A DNA stretch of 63,994 bases, the filler included. It is 12 parts of 12 records of this genome, joined end to end, with 100 filler letters (N's around TTAATTAATTAA, not from the genome) between each part and the next. Parts side by side here need not be neighbours in the genome. Positions count along the whole stretch, not along the records: positions 22,354 to 29,723 come from SRR7504441_17727; positions 29,824 to 33,162 come from SRR7504441_17737; positions 33,263 to 36,895 come from SRR7504441_17748; 9 more parts are not named here. One strand, given 5' to 3'. Of the stretch, positions 24,794 through 36,200 are shown piece by piece; the first letter of the stretch is position 1; every line of letters begins with the position of its first letter. The position numbers and the translations under genes were made by a program. The notes below the pieces were generated by a model, which was not told the origin of the DNA, did not search any database, and was given only the letters and a program-made list of their open reading frames with translations.

Positions 24794-25716
24794 CTAGACC
24801 GCCTTGCCTAGCTCGTTCTGCAGTTTGGTGATCCGGGACATAATCGACAGGTCGACGTGCTTGTCCCCGATCTCGACCACCAGCCCTCCCAGGATCGAGC
24901 TGTCTGTCTTGACAGACATCGTCAGTGTCTGGCCTGCGGTCAGGAAGCTCCCGAGCGACTTCTCGAGCGACGCGGTCTGCGCCTTGGACAGCTCCTCGGC
25001 CACAGTCACCTGAGCAAACACCTGCCGGCCGCTCATCCGAGCCTGATCTGCCGGCTGCCTGGCCCCTCGCCGCGCGGAGCAGCTCCTCAAACTTGGCAAA
25101 AACAGCCTCCAACTCGCCCAGCCGGTTGTTCTCGGCCATCACCGCGAGCAGGTTCTTGGTCAGATCGTTGTATCCCGACTTGGCGTTCAGCGCCGAGATC
25201 GCGTCGACCTGTCAACGGCGGCTCGTCGGGGGGCACCGGGGGCTCCTTGCCTTGGCGGCCTGCGGGATCGAGGGATTGTTGACCAGCTCGGCCAGGGCTT
25301 GGCTCCCCGCGATCGCGCCCTGCCCCTCGCATCGGCCCCGCCGGGTCGGCAGCGGGCGCCGTCAGATTCTTCAGATCAGCCTCCACGTTGTCGACCGCCT
25401 TGTTGCGGGCAGCCACCGTGTAAAGCGAGGTGGCGTACCTGCCGGCCGGTGAGCCACCATGGTTGGGAGCAGCTTACCGCCCGTCAAGCCCGTGGAGCTT
25501 GATCGGGACCTGCCCGGCGCTCGCGGGGGACACCCCCGCCCGGCGAGCCACACCTCGACCGGAGCGTCGGCCTTGGCGGCTTTCGCCTTGGCGGCAAGCG
25601 CGCGCACCCCCTGCGCAAGCGGCCAGGGTTAGACCAGCCCGAGGTGGCCCGGCTAGGCTACGGCCAGGCCGGCGGTGGCTTGCCTGCGGGAAGCGAGTAC
25701 ACAGGGCCCGGAGCAT
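24794..25716 (-). CDS. ATP5PO: Mitochondrial ATP synthase OSCP (subunit O/delta family); 7 exons
   Basis: The spliced product contains VPIKLHGLDGRYATSLY, NPSIP, TKNLLAVMAENNRLGEL and DSSILGGLVVEIGDKHVDLSI. Introns: 25611-25683 (GC), 25510-25553 (GT), 25439-25477 (GT), 25320-25359 (GC), 25209-25250 (GC) and 25022-25058 (GC). Confidence 0.95.
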
Positions 25717-25826
25717 CTTCGACAGAACTGACAGCGAGCAACGGATCAAGGCCTGACGTTGAAAAAGAGAAATTCAGTGAAACGATCAATTTGCCGATTT
25801 GGTTGCGCTCGGCTCCTGTTCACACA

Positions 25827-28800
25827 ATGGCGAATCGAGCTTTATGTCTAGGCGCTGTGTGTCTGGTTGGAATCGCGTGCGCCGCCATGTACGGTGTATG
25901 GATATCGAACGCCCAGTACGGCTGGTGGTATTCGGATGACGATAACAACCACTACCAACAGCAAATCGATTGCTTCCCCGGGCTCAGCGACTGCAACAAG
26001 GACTATGGCGATTACAACCCCCCCGGTGCAAGGCTGGCCGCCCGGGTTCTGAGCGCGCGCAGAGGCGGGCTACACCTGGGATCGGCTCGCCCCCGGGTTG
26101 GGGATTGCGATCTTCTTCCTGGCCGTCTGTCTGATCGGTGTGTCCGTGTGTGGCCGCGGCGGTCTGAGATGTGGTGGACTTGCAGGATGGTACACCTTCG
26201 TGTGCTGCCGGTGCTTCGCTAGGTGCTGGGGCTGCTCGTGCTGCCGTGGGGCCATGTGCCGCTGGTGCCTCCCGAACCGCCCCGATGCTGCAGCTGACCG
26301 GGTGGGCAGCTGCTGCGGTGCCGGCAGCCCTGAGATCAAGGAGTATTGCACCGAGGAGCGGTGGGAGGAGCAGCAACAGCAAGGTGAGCTCGGGTGGGCC
26401 GGGTCTGACCAGGGTGCAGGGCTCGAGCCTGAGCGGTCCACCCTCACTCAGAGGTTGGCGATGGTGCACACGAGCAGCGGGTGGCTCTGATGGCGCCGCA
26501 GGTGTTTGCTCTGTTCTTCTCGTTCGTGCTTCTGGGCGCCTCGGCCGGTATTGCCATCTACGGAGGCCAGAAGGTGTATGATGGAGCGGTGGATTTGCTC
26601 AATGAAGCTGACGCCGCCGTCGGAGGCATGAAAACACTCAACAACCAGGTCGCCTTCCCCGCGTTTCAGGTACGGCATCGCGGCCCGGGCCGGTGTGCTG
26701 ATGCGGCTGGTGCAGGGGCTGTCTGGGGTGATGGGCACTGGCACTGTTGCCTATGACTATGCTTCTATCAATAACGAACTCAACGATATCATCGATCACA
26801 TCAACGATTTCAAGGCACTCGCTGCTGCTGAATTAATCCAGCATCTGAGCTCGGTGCGGCAGAAAATGCTGGACGATTACAAGGACTACTTCGACTACGG
26901 CTCGTATGCCTTCTACTGCGTGCTGATGTGCATCTCACTGATCGGCATCTGTGCTTGGTTTTGTGGCAACGGTGTGTGCACGTGTGCTGGGTCGTGTGGA
27001 GCTGCCCGGCCAGGCACCACCTCCATGGTCATGGGCGTGATCGGCGTGATGCTCTTCTTTGTGATCTGGGTTTTATTCGCAGCCTTCTGGGTTACGGTAC
27101 TCAGCGCGTGTGGGCCTGAGGCTGACCCAGCGTGTGCTCGCAGGGCAGCTTCATGGACGATACCTGCGTTTATCTTTCCAATTACTACTACACTGACTGC
27201 ATGGCGGTCCCTGGGTACACCTGTCCTGCGAATCCTCTGACCGAGCTCTTCCAGTATGTGCCCCAGATAATCTAAGCTTTCTGACCTGCCGGGCGCAAAC
27301 AGGTGTCCTGAAGTCACCAAAACATACGGCAGTAACACTCTGGCGGGGTACTACGCAATCGCTTACAATTTGCTGGACACTGAAACCACCAACGGCGCCG
27401 GAACGAACATGTGAGCCTGAGCTTTCATGCAGCGCTCACCGCTTCGGTGCAGATATGCTGACGGTGGCTCTGCGGGGCTAAAAGCAAATGCCGATCCTTA
27501 CACAATCAATGCCGCCTGGACCCAGCACGCTACTGCTACCCCTCAAGGTACCAAGGCTGCAGGTCGCCTAGTGCGAGCCCTTTGCTGCAGGATGTGGTGG
27601 CACCGATGCAACCGCGCCGATCGTCACCACAGCAACCTGTGCCGATAGCAATATGCTGGGAATGCAGCCGTGGACAACTTGCACCACTGAGTACAAGTAT
27701 TACAGTGGTTTGAGCGATACAGGCTCGGCTTCAGTGCCACCAAGGTAGCGTTGTGTGGCCAGAGATGCTGAGCACGCTGGCAGGTTCACGACATGCAGCA
27801 GTGCCAGCACCAATACTGGCCGGACCGGTCCGCAGAACAGTGGTCTGACAGCTGTCGCTGGGAGCACCAATCCAGGCTGGGCATACACAACAACAGGGCT
27901 CCAGACGTGCGCGCATGCATGCCTCAACAACTCTGCCTCAACCAGCGGCCAGATTCTGGACTCAGCCACCAATTTTGGGGGCAACGGTGTGCTGGCTGGC
28001 CAGCTGCAGCTTGAGCCCAGTGGCGGCTGGCAGCCATGTTCCGTAAGTTTCTGTATGAAACCATGACTTCGACGTCGGGGTCTGCAACTTGCGGCGGCAC
28101 CATCGCCTGGCAGGACAACACCTACATCCCTGATTACAACCTCTACCAGGTGAGGCTTGAGGCTTGGGCGTGGTGTGACACTGTGTGCTGGGCAGAACTA
28201 CACCAACTGGATGGGCACCTACTCTGCATTGCAATACAGCTCTCCGTGTGTTGCATCAGGGGCCGCAACAACCCAATGTCAATACACCACCAGCACCGCA
28301 ACTGTGGACGGCACTGTGGAGAGCTACTATGTGTCGACCACCGCCTGCCTGCCTGCTGATCCCTGCGAGCTAGGTGATTGATACCAACGCCTGGACTTCT
28401 CCCACCGAGGGCTGCATCACTGCTGCTGCCATGGCAGTGAGCGACCTCATGTTTGTGCTCTCATACATCAGGTGTGCCCTGCTGCCTGCGGCTGGCTGAT
28501 TCGGCTGGTACAGTTCGTGCCAGTACATCAAATCGTTCGCGCTGCTCGCAGCAGTGGAGGATGATGGCTCGTGCTTCAAGCTTGGCGACGGGCTGCTTTA
28601 CCTGATCTGCGCTCAGGGTGTGATTGGAGGCTGCTACCTCGTGGTGGTGTGGGTCGGAATTGTTGGGTACCGTTGCTTCAACGACGACAAGCAAGCTGGG
28701 CGGGCTGTCAGTGGACTGATCGGTGTGCCAGGTATGCACCCGAGTCTGAGCCTCAAGACATCGGAGCCGCCGCCTCAAAGTCTCCGCCGGCACGCCCGCT

Positions 28801-29083
28801 GGCAGACCATTCTACTGACCTGGCAGGCTCAGTTGGAGGAGGCCACGACGTACCCTCAGGACGGCGTCACCCCGTGAGCCTGTCAGGGTGGCTCGCTGTT
28901 GACTGGTGGGGTGCAGCTACCCTGGCAACGAGCAGAGCGTACCACTGGACACCCTGGACCAACCGACTGTTGAGGGTATAACCCCTCGCGCCGATGAAAG
29001 GGATACTTGGGTGTGAAGCCTTGGCGTGTTCAGAGAGAGACGTCTGGGTGGACACCTATGATGGCCCCCCTCCACCCTGCTGA
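25827..29083 (+). CDS. Tweety/prominin-like multi-pass membrane protein with a large Thr/Cys-rich extracellular insert; intron-rich
   Basis: Signal peptide, then about 5 TM segments: LGIAIFFLAVCLI followed by a CCRC-rich loop, VFALFFSFVLLGASAGIAIYG, FYCVLMCISLIGICAWFC, MGVIGVMLFFVIWVLFAAFW followed by DDTC, and LICAQGVIGGCYLVVVWVGIVGY. The family call is based on topology only. Confidence 0.6.
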
Positions 29084-29723
29084 TTGAGAACAACTTTACC
29101 AAGCAGCACATAGGAAGTGGCGGTGGCTAGCAATCGATGGATTCGAGCTACTGCCTTATTTAGATAGATTTGACCGCTCTTGATATGACACAGCAAGGGA
29201 GGTCATATCATGATTTCATGCACAGAGTCTATTGGCTAGTTTATGACGAGAACGAGTCTGACGGACGGGTATAGATTCCACGACTGAAGAATTCAAGTGA
29301 TCAATTAAGTTTACTAGCATCATTTGAATATCATTTGAAAGATTAGTGAGTCAATTTCATTTATTTAGAGTCAGTTAGCAGCATAGCATAATTTCATCAA
29401 GGAGAATCAAGGACACTTTCATTCATGAAGTACTCGTATGTACTCGTACATGATTGTAATGAGGTAACTGCTAACTAGTCGTGAACTAGCGAGTTAGAAT
29501 ACTCAGTGTCAGTGGTTAGTTGACCTCTGCGGAAACTAAGTAAACGTAAACGAAGTAGCCTTTGATCTCGGCTAGGCAAGCCTTGCGTCGTTTGCATAGA
29601 GCAACAACGAGCAGAGAATAATGCAATTGCGTGGGCTCGCGCGAGCAGCTGCAACGACTTACGTCCTTTCCGCTCTGTCAAATTGAATGGACTACACGAC
29701 GGCTGTAGACAGCATGGAGCGAC

Positions 29724-29823
29724 NNNNNNNNNNNNNNNNNNNNNNNNNNNNNNNNNNNNNNNNNNNNTTAATTAATTAANNNNNNNNNNNNNNNNNNNNN
29801 NNNNNNNNNNNNNNNNNNNNNNN
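29724..29823. other. Artificial contig linker
   Basis: N44-TTAATTAATTAA-N44. Confidence 0.99.
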
Positions 29824-30287
29824 AGTACAAGACAAACAAGAAGTCGGGTTGAGGTCTACCGACTTGTCAACTAACTTATTATTTCATAAAATTTGTATGT
29901 ACATACGCCCTATTTTTGTTATTGCCCCTTTGTGACGGCACTGGCACACTGAATAGCTTCTATGTGTGATCATAGCTGGTGTTTAGTTTGCCTTGCCGTT
30001 GAGAGACCCACTTGCGTCTTGTAATCATGATTGTTGTCCTCGGGATTTGGGCAAGGATTTGGGTATACCGTTAGAAATGAGAGACTTCATTGTGAGTTAG
30101 GCTGTTAGGCAACCTAGATATTGTCCTTAAAAACTAGGACAATCTCCTAAAGTACTCCTAAACTTTACAAATTGTACATGAGTGCACATCAGGGTCCGAT
30201 GTGATCTGACATTAGCGTACACACAATCACTTCCCACGCCTTTCTTGATTCAACAATGTGGTTTTCAGTCAACAGCATGCAATCAGC

Positions 30288-31500
30288 TCACAGAGTGGCC
30301 AGGCACGGGTAGTGGTCACTCAGCTCCTCACACATCTGATCGTGGATGATCTCCATACTCGAGTCATTCCGCAACTCCCCCAGTGCAGCGTTCACAAACA
30401 TGCCATCAATTCGTAGCTTGGGGTCCTCCTGCTGGTCCTCGCGCAGCGAGCTCGGATACGTGGGCAGCTCTTTGGTGGGCACTAGTTCCTTCATGTATTC
30501 AGCAACATGCTGCCATACACAATCTCACACACCGGGCAGCAGGCGCCCCACCTCCAGCGGCCGGTAGTCAACTGCCCAGTCATCTTCCAAAGTCTTCTTA
30601 CCCTCGTCCAAGTCGGTGCCGTCCACACAGTGCCGAGGGATCAGCTTGCCTTTGCGCACCACTGGGCCGCACCCAGTTAGCCACAAGCCTAGCAGGGTCC
30701 GCACCTCGAAACAGGCCTATGAGCTCCTCCTCGCTGTACACTGAGCCCTTCGAGGAGGGCATGATGCTATTCATGTCGCCCATGAACAGCAGCGGCTCGC
30801 CCGACAGCGACTGCACAATCTCCATGGCCGCCTCTAGTTCCTTCAGTCGCCCCTTAGCGTGCCGTGGACATAGATGTGTCTCCATAAAATGGATCCCCGC
30901 AGTCTTGACGTGTATCAACGCATGGAAGAACACGCCGTCCGTGCTGCCCAACCCGAGCTCGGGGTGCTCGATCACCTCGATAGGGCTCTTCGAGAGAATC
31001 ATTACATGTCCGCGAGTCTTTTTGGAGGCCAACTGCATGGCCGCATGAGGGTAGCCCAGTTTATTCTTGAGGGTATCCACGTCCCAGCCTTGCCAGCCAT
31101 TGCACTCGCAGAGTCCCACGACGTCACAGTCCTTCTCGGCCAGCCAGCTGGCTAATCGGTCCAGCTTGCTCAGCTCAGCCCCCTCGTCGCAGCCTTGCCC
31201 CACGTAGATGTTATAGTGCAGCACCCGCAAGGCCTGGCCAGCTCCGCCCGCTGGTACAGATGGCGCGACATCGGGCTGGCCGCCCTCGGGCTGGCCCTCC
31301 CCCTGTGGGTCGCTGATTTCGCTCCCCGGCGCGTTAACTCCGGCCATGGCCGCGGAAGGGGCCTCCTCCGGCTGGCCCGGCTGGGGGGCGGCCGGCGGCT
31401 TGGCGGCAGGTGGCTCCGCCGGCTCCGTTGGACCGGTCTGGGCCGTCTTGGCGGGCTCCGCCTTTTTTGAGCCCGGTTGGGCCGAGGAGCCACAACCCAT
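30288..31500 (-). CDS. Endonuclease/exonuclease/phosphatase (EEP) family protein with an N-acylation motif
   Basis: Starts MGCGSS. Motifs LRVLHYNI, DVVGLCE, ETHL, MGDMNS, RID and LSDHYP. Introns lie in about 30500-30700. Confidence 0.88.
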
Positions 31501-31951
31501 CTGCCGAGGAGTGCCCCGGGTGCTGAGATCAGTGATTGAAAAGCGTGGCCTTGCCAAGAATAGCAGAACGGAGTCGCTGAACCCCGGTGCAATGTTAAGC
31601 GGTGCAAGTGTACAATATCACGAACTATCACATAAGATGCAAACTCTGACACTATATTCAGATCAATTAACATCCGGGCATTTCTAAGTTTTGGCATGAT
31701 TGCGTTGTCGAAGATCGAAGCGAGATCGAAATCTCCGCGAACACCTAGCCGACGCTCGCCAAAGGAAGGATGAGGGCAACCGTGATACCTCCATGCAGAG
31801 CGAGAACTCTAGAGTGAGCTCGGCGGTCACACATCCCGCACATCCACTGCAATATTAATTGTTAATAATATCCGTGCTTCAGGCGCCACCAGGGCTCCAC
31901 ACTTCCGTTGTTGCTTGAGAATCTCCATGCCGGCAACCTGAGCGCGGGGGT

Positions 31952-32320
31952 ATGGGCCGAGTGGAGACGAGCGAGATCCTGCTGGCCGGCTGGGAGGCCG
32001 GGCAGCGGCGGCGAGCGTCCATCCTCCAGTCCGACGACGCGCTGCTCGCCCGGCGGCTGGTGGTGCTCGGAGTGACCACCGCCACGTTGGCCACAGCCTG
32101 GATGCTGGCCACGCAGCCCCGGCCCGGGCCGCACGTTCACCGGCTGTCCCCGCTGACCGCTCCACTGCCACCCACGTGGGAGGTGGCGATGCTGAATAGT
32201 AGCGCGCCCGAGCGCTGGAGCGAGATGCCGGGAGAGGAGCAGTGGGCGGAACTCGGGGCCGAGCCTCCGCCCGCTGGGCGGCTGGCGCGGGCTGGGCCAG
32301 AGGGGACGGGCTGGACCTGA
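31952..32320 (+). CDS. Small single-TM hypothetical protein
   Basis: GC-rich 122-aa ORF with the hydrophobic stretch LVVLGVTTATLATAWMLAT, followed by an AT-rich 3' spacer. Confidence 0.45.
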   Translation: MGRVETSEILLAGWEAGQRRRASILQSDDALLARRLVVLGVTTATLATAWMLATQPRPGPHVHRLSPLTAPLPPTWEVAMLNSSAPERWSEMPGEEQWAELGAEPPPAGRLARAGPEGTGWT

Positions 32321-32613
32321 CAGGGCATCGTGTGTGTGGGGGGGCTGTGGTGCACCGGTGCTGCTTGTTACTACTGTATGAGTAGGCTGTCATCAAACCA
32401 CCGTCTTACTACTGCGTACTCGTATAGGAGTACTCGTACAAGTAATCATTGATGAGATCTATTTCATTTATTGGTGTATTAGTAGACTAGTAGTCGAGCG
32501 GGTCTGCGTCCTCACCACATAACCAATCTGTCATTATCGTTGATCCGTTTTAGTCAACCAGTTATCTATTCTACTTTTGTGACCAGTCGTACGTAAGCAA
32601 GTTGGGACCCTCA

Positions 32614-33162
32614 TCACTTGCACCAATCGGTGCTGAGCTGCATTGCAAAGAAATTGCCCGAATCTGGGTTGGGCGGGTTAGCCCGCACTGCCGTCTGGGA
32701 CGACGACCTCGCACTGCTGTCGAGCGGATGTGATCCATCCTCCCATACCGCCAAGATTCTACCGTTGGGTAAACTTACCATGTCGCTGTAGCCGCCGCGA
32801 TAATCACCATTGACGCCCTCAGATTTTGGCCAACTCTTGCCTTGGTCTCGCGAGCAATGCACTGTCATCTTGGTCCTTTTATCGCCCTGAGGCTCAAGGA
32901 AGTAGAGCGTATTCTGGTGGTTGAGTACAGAGCCCTCGCAGCCGCCGGGGTCGTCGGCAAGCACAGACTTCTCACCGGCCGACCAGCTGGCTCCGTTGTC
33001 GTCACTGTGGTAATCCGTACGCTGAGGGCTGAACCTTTTACCTCCACGGCCATTCATGTACAACTGACACCGGTCGGCAGTGCAGTTAGCAGCATCAGCC
33101 ACTGCCCGATCGATCTGCCGCGCAGGCTCGCTAGTGCAGTCTGTATCAGCCAAGCGCCGCCC
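32614..33162 (-). CDS. Sialidase/neuraminidase-like (GH33, Asp-box propeller), C-terminal fragment
   Basis: Asp-boxes SDDNGASW and SRDQGKSW, plus LYMNGR, GCEGS, RTKMTV and GGYSDM (catalytic Tyr context). Confidence 0.85.
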   Translation of the reverse strand, partial: GRRLADTDCTSEPARQIDRAVADAANCTADRCQLYMNGRGGKRFSPQRTDYHSDDNGASWSAGEKSVLADDPGGCEGSVLNHQNTLYFLEPQGDKRTKMTVHCSRDQGKSWPKSEGVNGDYRGGYSDMVSLPNGRILAVWEDGSHPLDSSARSSSQTAVRANPPNPDSGNFFAMQLSTDWCK

Positions 33163-33262
33163 NNNNNNNNNNNNNNNNNNNNNNNNNNNNNNNNNNNNNN
33201 NNNNNNTTAATTAATTAANNNNNNNNNNNNNNNNNNNNNNNNNNNNNNNNNNNNNNNNNNNN
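33163..33262. other. Artificial contig linker
   Basis: N44-TTAATTAATTAA-N44. Confidence 0.99.
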
Positions 33263-36200
33263 ACTCCGAATTCCTTCTCACCCTCGCCGTCCTGCCACAA
33301 CCAGCCGCATCTAACGACATTCAACGGCATTCAACTGGCACCTCAGGTTCGATCGTGACTGCCACCACAACCGACACTCGAGGGAGCAGTTTCCCGTCCA
33401 ACAACGACCTGAAGCAACCTACAAATGCCGTTAAATGCCGTTAAATACAGCCGAGGCCTCACCTATATCGTCGCTCTTGAAGTTCGCCGCCTCCTTAATC
33501 ACAACAGTCAGCCCTGGCAAAGGAAAGTCGCTCCGGAGTCGCGTGCTCGCGAGCTCGGTTGGAGATATATACGGCCGGAATAATAGCTTGAACTTGCTGT
33601 CTGAACCGGCTTCATTCGCTTCATGCGGCTGCTCATTCCACTTAATGCTCTGCCGGCGCGGAGTGCTCTGCGCCGTCCGGATTAGGGACATAAGTTAACA
33701 TCTGTAGCTGAACACCTTCCTTTTATATTATTAGGGCGTGACCTGCATCTCTGTGGCCAGGCTGGTGAGCCGCCGCTGCCGCCGCTGCGGACGCTCGGTG
33801 TTTGTGTCACCGTGGCACTGGCACATTGTCCTGGGCACAGCTGTTAAGCTAGCCCATGCCCTAATCGGGACAGCGTTAAGCTATTCAGATTCCTAATTAG
33901 GAAGGCGGCGTTAAGCACCGGAGTTTGTGGAGGCACATCCGCTTGCTCAGCCAGACCGATTCCCTCAAGAACGCCGTGTCCAGCAGCCACCTGCCGCCAA
34001 TCAACGGCATTTAACGGCATCTAACTGCATCTAACGGCATTCACCAGCGCTTGCTGTCCTCGACCAGCGCTTGATAAAAGTGGAGCGCGCCTTGGTCCAT
34101 CAAGGAGACAACGTTCGGGTCGGCTTGCTGCAGATACTCCCACGCCCGATCTCGGGGCGAGAGGGCCAGCAGGGCGGCCTCGCGCTCCTGTCACTAGCTT
34201 AACACCTTCCTAATCGGGAAAGCGCTTAACACCTCGGTCGGCATGGCATCCAGCACCGACTCACGCTGCGCCAGGGTGGTTAGATGCCGTTAGATGCCGT
34301 TAAATGCCTGCGCTAACGGCATCTGGTGGAGCTCAGCTGCAACGTCCAGAACTCGCTTGTTGGCCAGCGTCGCTGATACCGAATCAAAGTTAGCGGATTA
34401 AGATTAAAATTGATATCAATTGCCTGCAATCTCCTCGGAGCTCCTGCAACTACCGTCGAGCGACTCGAGCGACTCCTTGGCATTTAGGACCTAACCCGGG
34501 GGTTATTTCCTTTTAAGGCAAGTGTGACGGGCCTGCGCGAGAGCATGGCTGCTGTCCTGTCGGTCGGCCTGGAGCAGCTGGCCGAGCCTGAACCGCATCT
34601 TCATGGTGGCCACGCCGCAGCCCTGTGACAGTTGCCCGGTCAGGTGTTAAGCTAGCCATTGCCTAATCGGGAAAGAGGTGTTAACCTGGGTCATCTCGCC
34701 GTAAAGGCAGAGAGAATCGGAATTGTTCCGCATAAACATCTGGAGCAGCGCCCACGAGCCCGGATACTCCTGTCACTAGCTTAACACCTTGCCTAATTGG
34801 GAGATTGTCTATGTTAACAGTCTATGTTAACCTGCATTGAGAGGATCTGGTGCAGGTAGAAGCCGTTGACCAGCTTGCGAGCCTTCAACTGCCCAGCCAG
34901 CTCACAAGCAGCACACAACACAGATCACGCCACACTGTGCACACAGCAGCAGCGCACTAGGCACACTGTCTAGCGACAGGCTACAGCACGTAACAGTACA
35001 GCGCAGCGCTATTTCAAGGAGAGCGACCGTCTGGCGGCCAGTGAAGGGCAGGAAGTGGCCCATGTGGATGAACTCCAACAGCTCCTTGGTAGGCACCTGA
35101 ATGCCGTTAAATGCCGTTAAATGCCGTTAATTGCGCCTCGCAGCTTGCGAGTGCGCGGAGGTTGTTGGCGAAGGCCACGAACACGAGATCGTCGTAAAGA
35201 CTCCAGTGCCTGCCAATCCGCTCAGCCAGCACTGCTGCTGGTGCTACTAGTAGTGCGTATCATACTGAGCTATTGTAGCATAGCAGTATAGAGTATAAAG
35301 CGTAGCTCTATTTGCCTGAAGAAGTCCTCATTGATTAGTTCCTTTAGCGGCTGCAGTTTAGCGTAAATAGCCACAAACATCAAGAGCACCAGCACCAGCG
35401 ACACCGTCAGGTACCTACACACACCCGCACCAGTCAGCTCCCATGGCTGACTGGGGACACATTATTCTTACTATTATCCGCTATGTAATTAGTATGTATT
35501 AGTATGTATTAGTGTGTTACCCCAACAGCTTGCAAAGAGCTCCTAATAGAGAGCTGCCGTAAAGCTGCTCCTTGAGCATTTTCATCTGCACCCAACGGCA
35601 TTCAACGGCATTCAACGGCATTTCACGCACCTGAATCGAAAAGTTGCGCGTCTCGAATGATGTGATGATCTGAAGCAAGTTGCGGTCGGCCACCTGCCAG
35701 GAACAGTTAGGCGTCGGTGTGAAAGGAGCACGGTCGCAGTTACTAGGCAGAATGATGACTGCGGCAACTAGCTGTGGCTACAGCCATGCTGCTATAGCCT
35801 CTATCACTAGATAAATACAGTACTAGTAAAGCATCCGAGTATAGCCACCTGCTGCAAGTAGAATGCCATGTTCTTCGCACTGACCACCATGTGCGCATAA
35901 GCCTGCCCCACCACTCACCCCAACCACCGCCGCCTCCAGTGACAGCCCCATATACCAGTACTACTAAACCATACTCCGGTAGTCGTATACACTAGCTGAG
36001 TAAGCAACCTGTCGGCAATCCCGCTCCTTGCACCGCTCCTCAGCCCCAACCTCCATCCCCTCCAGCTCATCCACCGGACCTGCCCCACCGCCCATTATTC
36101 CCTTATTAGGCAGGTGTGACGTCCATTATTTCCTAATTAGGCAAGCACCCCGCCCGCGGTGTATCCAGTCGCTCAACCCATCCGGCTCGGACTCCAGCCA

